Source of the DNA: Microcoleaceae cyanobacterium | GTDB taxonomy: Bacteria > Cyanobacteriota > Cyanobacteriia > Cyanobacteriales > Microcoleaceae | Assembly (NCBI GenBank): GCA_051652765.1 | Contig: JBOFUV010000036.1 | Location: 11,253 to 75,252, forward strand | Reading direction: 5' to 3' | DNA: 64,000 nucleotides | In this document: positions 60,072-64,000 of the stretch, one piece after another | Layout of the letters: each line of letters starts with the position of its first letter | Position numbering within the stretch: the first letter of the stretch is position 1 | Notes under the pieces: generated by a model | Database searches by the model: none | What the model saw: the letters and a program-made list of their open reading frames with translations, nothing else | Told to the model about the DNA's origin: nothing | Made by a program: the position numbers and the translations under genes

Positions 60072-63000
60072 ATGTCTGCGTCTTCTACTGACCCCATCTC
60101 CAAGCAAGAACTAAGTCCCGTTGTTGAAGCCACTGTGGTGGTAGTTGATGAGAATTCCTCCGACCTCATGCCTGTTGTCAGTAGCAATGGTGGCAGTAGC
60201 GCAATTGTTCAAACAGGTAGCAGCTTTTCTGCTTTTCTTGCCCCCCTGACCCGTGACAAATTTGTTGAGGTGGCTCGGGATGTAGAAGAAAAACTACAGA
60301 CTGTGAATCAAACCTTGTCAATGCTAGAGAACTTACTCGATGCTCAAGGGTTTGAACTGATTCTGAATGAAATGCTGTGCTCGATCACCCTGAAGACTGG
60401 AGAACTTCTGAGCGCCGATCGCAGCACAATTTGGTTATTGGATGATGACAAAGATGAGTTGTGGTCAATTGTGGCTAAAGGTCAGGATGGCAACCCTCTG
60501 GAACTGAGGATTCCACTCAATGCCGGAATTGCTGGGGAAGCAGCCATGGAAAAGAAGGTGATCAATATTGCCTACGATTTCTATGACGATGACCGTTCAG
60601 CAGCAGCCAAGGAATCAGATCAAAGGACAGGGTACCGCACTTACACAATGTTAGTCATGCCGCTGTTGAACGAGGATGAAAAGCTAGTCGCGGTGGTGCA
60701 GTTGCTCAACAAGTTAAGGCTCAACTGTAGTACATCTGCTCCTCTTGAAGAAAAAATCGATACAACTGGGTTTACTCAGGAAGATGAACAACTCTTTGAT
60801 GAGTTTGCCCCTTCAATTCGGCTGATCCTGGAATCTTCTAAGTCTTTCTATGCAGCCACCCAGCGACAGCGAGCCGCATCCGCCCTGATGAACGCAGTCG
60901 GTTCTTTGAGCAAATGTGGCCTTGATCTAGAAGAAACCCTAAAGAATGTGATGGATCAGGCCAAGGAGTTGATGAATGCGGATCGAAGCACCCTCTGGTT
61001 GTTGGATGCTGAAAAAAATGAACTCTGGACAAGAATTCCAATTGAGGGCAAGCCTACAGAAATTCGGATTCCTTCTACTGCTGGGTTTGCTGGGATTGTG
61101 GCTCAAAGTGGAGATCCATTACTGATTTCATTTGACGTTTACAAGGATGCTCGTTCTGCCAAGTCCCAAGAAACCGACCGAAAAATAGGCTATCGTACCT
61201 GTAGCCTGCTGTGTATGCCCGTTTTCAACTCTGACGACGAGTTAATTGGAGTGACTCAACTCCTCAACAAGAAAAGGCAAGGCGACTATCCACCCTATGA
61301 CCCTGAAACTTGGCCAGAGGCTCCTGAACAGTGGAAAGCCAGCTTCAACCGCAATGACCAAGAATTCATGAAGGCGTTTAATATTCAGGCTGGGGTCGCC
61401 CTACAAAACGCGAAACTCTTCCAGAAGGTGAAAGAGCAAGAACAACGGCAGAAAGATATTCTCCGCAGTTTAACCAACGGGGTGATTTCGACGGATAAGC
61501 GGGGCAATTTGATTGCGACGAATGAGTGTGCGATGGAACTGCTAGGACTCACAGAGTTTGATGTCACAGAAGGGCGCTATGTTCCTGAACTAATTCATCT
61601 CAAAGAGGGCAATTTTGCCAAGTGGTTTGAAGCTGCCCTAAACCCTAAAGACCCCAAAGATCGCCAACAGTATTATCCCGATCAAATGTTTCGGGCTGAA
61701 GTCTCAGACCATCCCCACAGTATTAATTTATCGGTTAATTCTATGTCTGACATTGATGACCCCGAAAAAGTCAGTGGGGTGCTGGTGGTGATGGAAGATA
61801 TCAGTGGGGAAAAAGAAGTCAAGAATTTAATTTACCGCTACATGACCCCAGAGGTCGCCGAACAGTTACTCGCTAGTGGTGACATTGGCCTAGGGGGAAA
61901 GCGCACCAACGTGACAGTGCTTTTCAGCGACATTCGCGGCTACACAATGTTGACGGAGAAACTCCAGGCGGAAGAAGTCGTTGCCATGCTCAACGAATAC
62001 TTTGAAGAAATGGTAGACACGGTACTGAACTACAAGGGAACCTTGGACAAATATATTGGAGATGCCTTAATGGCCGTGTTTGGCTCTCCTGCTCCCCTGA
62101 AAGATCACCCCTGGATGGCCATGCAGGCGGCGGTAGAAATGCGCGATCGCCTGGTTCAATTCAATGAAAAGCGAAAAGCTAAAGGGTTGATGCCGATTAT
62201 GATTGGCATGGGTTTGCACTCTGATGAAGTCGTCAGCGGCAACATTGGCTCCAGCAAGCGCATGGAACTGACCTCGATTGGAGATGGGGTGAACCTGGCT
62301 TCGCGCCTTGAAGGAGCCAGCAAACAGTATGGGACTGATCTGATCATTAGCGAGAATACTTACCAACCCTATGCCGAACACCTGATCGTGCGGGAGCTAG
62401 ACTTCATTACCGTCAAGGGCAAGAGCAAACCCATTCGCATCTATGAACTGATTGGGATTCGAACGGGTTCGCTCGCCCGTCCCCTGACAGAAGCCCAACA
62501 ACAAATCATTGACCACTACCATAAAGGCCGAGAATATTACCTCAAGCCCGCCATGGAAAAATTATTGGCCGATGATATCACAGAACTCTTGGATGAACTC
62601 GAGCAGCAATCCGAAAGCCAACTCAAAAAGCTGTCTTACAATGAAAAACAGCTTTTAGGAGAACTGTTATTCGACCTATCCTTAGAGCAGTTTCTGGAGG
62701 TGATCGGCCCCAACTCCATGACTCAGCTAGCCCTTGGAGAGTTCAAAGCAATGCCGATCGAAGAAGCTGAGGCTATTGTCCCCGAAAAAGTAAAACTGTT
62801 GACCTCCCGTGATGTTCGGCGAATGCTCACCCAAAAACTCAAGCAATTTACAACGAACCAAGGACTACAGCAACGGCTTGAAGATGCTGCCCAAGAAATG
62901 TCCCTACCCCAACTCCGTAAGATGATTGATCTAGCCAGCAAAAAATTTGCAACCAAGGCTAAGGAAGCCTTCAGGACGGCCAAACACGAATTTATGACGG

Positions 63001-63122
63001 TTTTGAGTATTGACCCAAAGAACAAAGCCGCGAAACTCCATGTTGATCGGTGTATATTGTATGAAACGGCAAAGCCACCCCGTGAGACTTGGGATGGGGT
63101 TTGGCAATTAACTGAAAAGTAA
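60072..63122 (+). CDS. cyaB2: CyaB2-type adenylate cyclase (GAF-GAF-PAS-cyclase-TPR) with an extra C-terminal insertion
   Basis: Tandem GAFs with NK..F...DE-type motifs; NKKRQGDYPPYDPETWPEAP loop as I recall in CyaB2; LFSDIRG, DKYIGDA, IGDGVNLASRLEG, WDGVW. Confidence 0.85.
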   Translation: MSASSTDPISKQELSPVVEATVVVVDENSSDLMPVVSSNGGSSAIVQTGSSFSAFLAPLTRDKFVEVARDVEEKLQTVNQTLSMLENLLDAQGFELILNEMLCSITLKTGELLSADRSTIWLLDDDKDELWSIVAKGQDGNPLELRIPLNAGIAGEAAMEKKVINIAYDFYDDDRSAAAKESDQRTGYRTYTMLVMPLLNEDEKLVAVVQLLNKLRLNCSTSAPLEEKIDTTGFTQEDEQLFDEFAPSIRLILESSKSFYAATQRQRAASALMNAVGSLSKCGLDLEETLKNVMDQAKELMNADRSTLWLLDAEKNELWTRIPIEGKPTEIRIPSTAGFAGIVAQSGDPLLISFDVYKDARSAKSQETDRKIGYRTCSLLCMPVFNSDDELIGVTQLLNKKRQGDYPPYDPETWPEAPEQWKASFNRNDQEFMKAFNIQAGVALQNAKLFQKVKEQEQRQKDILRSLTNGVISTDKRGNLIATNECAMELLGLTEFDVTEGRYVPELIHLKEGNFAKWFEAALNPKDPKDRQQYYPDQMFRAEVSDHPHSINLSVNSMSDIDDPEKVSGVLVVMEDISGEKEVKNLIYRYMTPEVAEQLLASGDIGLGGKRTNVTVLFSDIRGYTMLTEKLQAEEVVAMLNEYFEEMVDTVLNYKGTLDKYIGDALMAVFGSPAPLKDHPWMAMQAAVEMRDRLVQFNEKRKAKGLMPIMIGMGLHSDEVVSGNIGSSKRMELTSIGDGVNLASRLEGASKQYGTDLIISENTYQPYAEHLIVRELDFITVKGKSKPIRIYELIGIRTGSLARPLTEAQQQIIDHYHKGREYYLKPAMEKLLADDITELLDELEQQSESQLKKLSYNEKQLLGELLFDLSLEQFLEVIGPNSMTQLALGEFKAMPIEEAEAIVPEKVKLLTSRDVRRMLTQKLKQFTTNQGLQQRLEDAAQEMSLPQLRKMIDLASKKFATKAKEAFRTAKHEFMTVLSIDPKNKAAKLHVDRCILYETAKPPRETWDGVWQLTEK

Positions 63123-63214
63123 CTGAACAGTAACTGAAAATTAAGATTGATATCAATCCTTCTCAAGTCTTAAAACAAGTTGCTCATTAGGAAGTGAAGC
63201 GGACATGCAAAAAT

Positions 63215-63781
63215 ATGACTAGGTCAAATGTGCGATCCTCAGATATTCAATGGGTTGAAAAAGTTCGCAATTTTTTAATTGACGTGGCTCGAGCTTCACT
63301 GGCAGATATTCCCAGGCTGCCGGAACGGGTCGCAACCGATGCTCTTCCCCTTGCTCAACAGGCTCAACAGATTCAAGGTCAGATTCAAAGTCAGGCCCAT
63401 CCCGATCATCAACTCACCCATTGGCAGGAGCAGCACCAAGACTGGATTGAATCAGTGCGGAAGCTCCTGATAGAACTGTCTCGAATCTCGTTATCAGAAT
63501 ATCCTCGGTTACCCGAGAATCTTGCCCAGAGGGCCTTGATCCTAGCGGAAACCGCCCAAGATCTTCAGGAAAAAGTAGCCGATTGGGATGCTGAGGCAGA
63601 GGCTGGTTTGGCAGAGTCCCTTGATTTAGACCTTACTAGTTCTAAGGCTCTGATCGGTCAACTGCGAATTCAACTTGGCCTTGAACGCGATCGCAGCAGC
63701 AACTCCACCAATCCGCAATGGCAAAGCTTATTCCAAGCCTTAGATCAGCTTGAAGAGTATTATCGCCAGTTGAGCCAGTAG
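63215..63781 (+). CDS. Hypothetical helical protein with an internal duplication
   Basis: Two copies of W(V/I)ExVRxxLIxxxRxSLxxxPRLPE. Start ATG 63215 or GTG 63194. Confidence 0.75.
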   Translation: MTRSNVRSSDIQWVEKVRNFLIDVARASLADIPRLPERVATDALPLAQQAQQIQGQIQSQAHPDHQLTHWQEQHQDWIESVRKLLIELSRISLSEYPRLPENLAQRALILAETAQDLQEKVADWDAEAEAGLAESLDLDLTSSKALIGQLRIQLGLERDRSSNSTNPQWQSLFQALDQLEEYYRQLSQ

Positions 63782-63890
63782 TTTGAGGCTTGCTTCCTCC
63801 ACCCAGAAAGTCCAGAATTATGATATGATCTTCTCAGCTACATAATTCCAAGTTATACCGTTAATCATCAAGTAATCTTCAAAGTTTTAT

Positions 63891-64000
63891 ATGAATTCAG
63901 ATGGTAACCCTGCCAGTACCCCAAGTGATTTAAATCACAAGCTTGCAGGTGTTTTAGGTGCATTTATTGCCTTGTTAACTCTAACTCTTCCCCTGTTAGC
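63891..64000 (+). CDS. Small membrane protein, 5' part (runs off window end)
   Basis: Manual translation MNSDGNPASTPSDLNHKLAGVLGAFIALLTLTLPLL; open to window end; hydrophobic helix resembling a small cyanobacterial protein. Confidence 0.6.
   Translation, partial: MNSDGNPASTPSDLNHKLAGVLGAFIALLTLTLPLL

Larger units (their letters stand above)
2105..63694. repeat. HIP1 octamer GCGATCGC dispersed through the window
   Basis: About 35 copies counted by eye, e.g. near 2105, 9090, 9126, 16193, 26722, 35291, 54481, 63687. Confidence 0.9.

Noticed and set aside
1..64000. CRISPR array, rRNA, tRNA, transposase or integrase
   Set aside because: No repeat-spacer periodicity, no recognisable RNA gene motifs, and no DDE, HUH or tyrosine recombinase ORF seen.

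Overview
Cyanobacterial chromosomal window, judged from about 35 HIP1 GCGATCGC sites counted by eye and from devH, crhR, CyaB2-type and DUF928/CHASE2 genes. It is mostly housekeeping: ktrB (partial), gamma-tocopherol methyltransferase, cimA, rimP-nusA-ylxR-infB-recR, sbcC, devH, crhR, a CPA2 antiporter, pilQ, secG-gpmI, futB/futC, moeA/moaD and cobI. Signalling genes include a multi-GAF/PAS kinase, two class III cyclases and a NarL regulator. Accessory patches are rtcB with a chlorite-dismutase-like fragment, fasciclin and SH3 genes interleaved with ATAGCAATC-type repeat ends, a NACHT gene, and a divergent YsnF/DUF2382 pair. No rRNA, tRNA, CRISPR array or transposase was recognised. The best leads are: (1) a CyaB2 cyclase with a ~140-aa helical insertion in its C-terminal TPR-like tail, followed by an internally duplicated helical protein; (2) a NACHT-DUF928-CHASE2 cyclase run in which the cyclase has Gln at the catalytic Arg position; (3) a candidate PilP-like lipoprotein near a stand-alone pilQ; (4) MITE-like ends that appear to partition 3.5-7.5 kb into cassettes; (5) a homopolymer-frameshifted gene; (6) a non-canonical recR start; (7) frequent 11-15 bp tandem duplications at gene boundaries. 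No clearly new multi-gene system can be proven from sequence alone. Family assignments come from motif recognition, not database searches.
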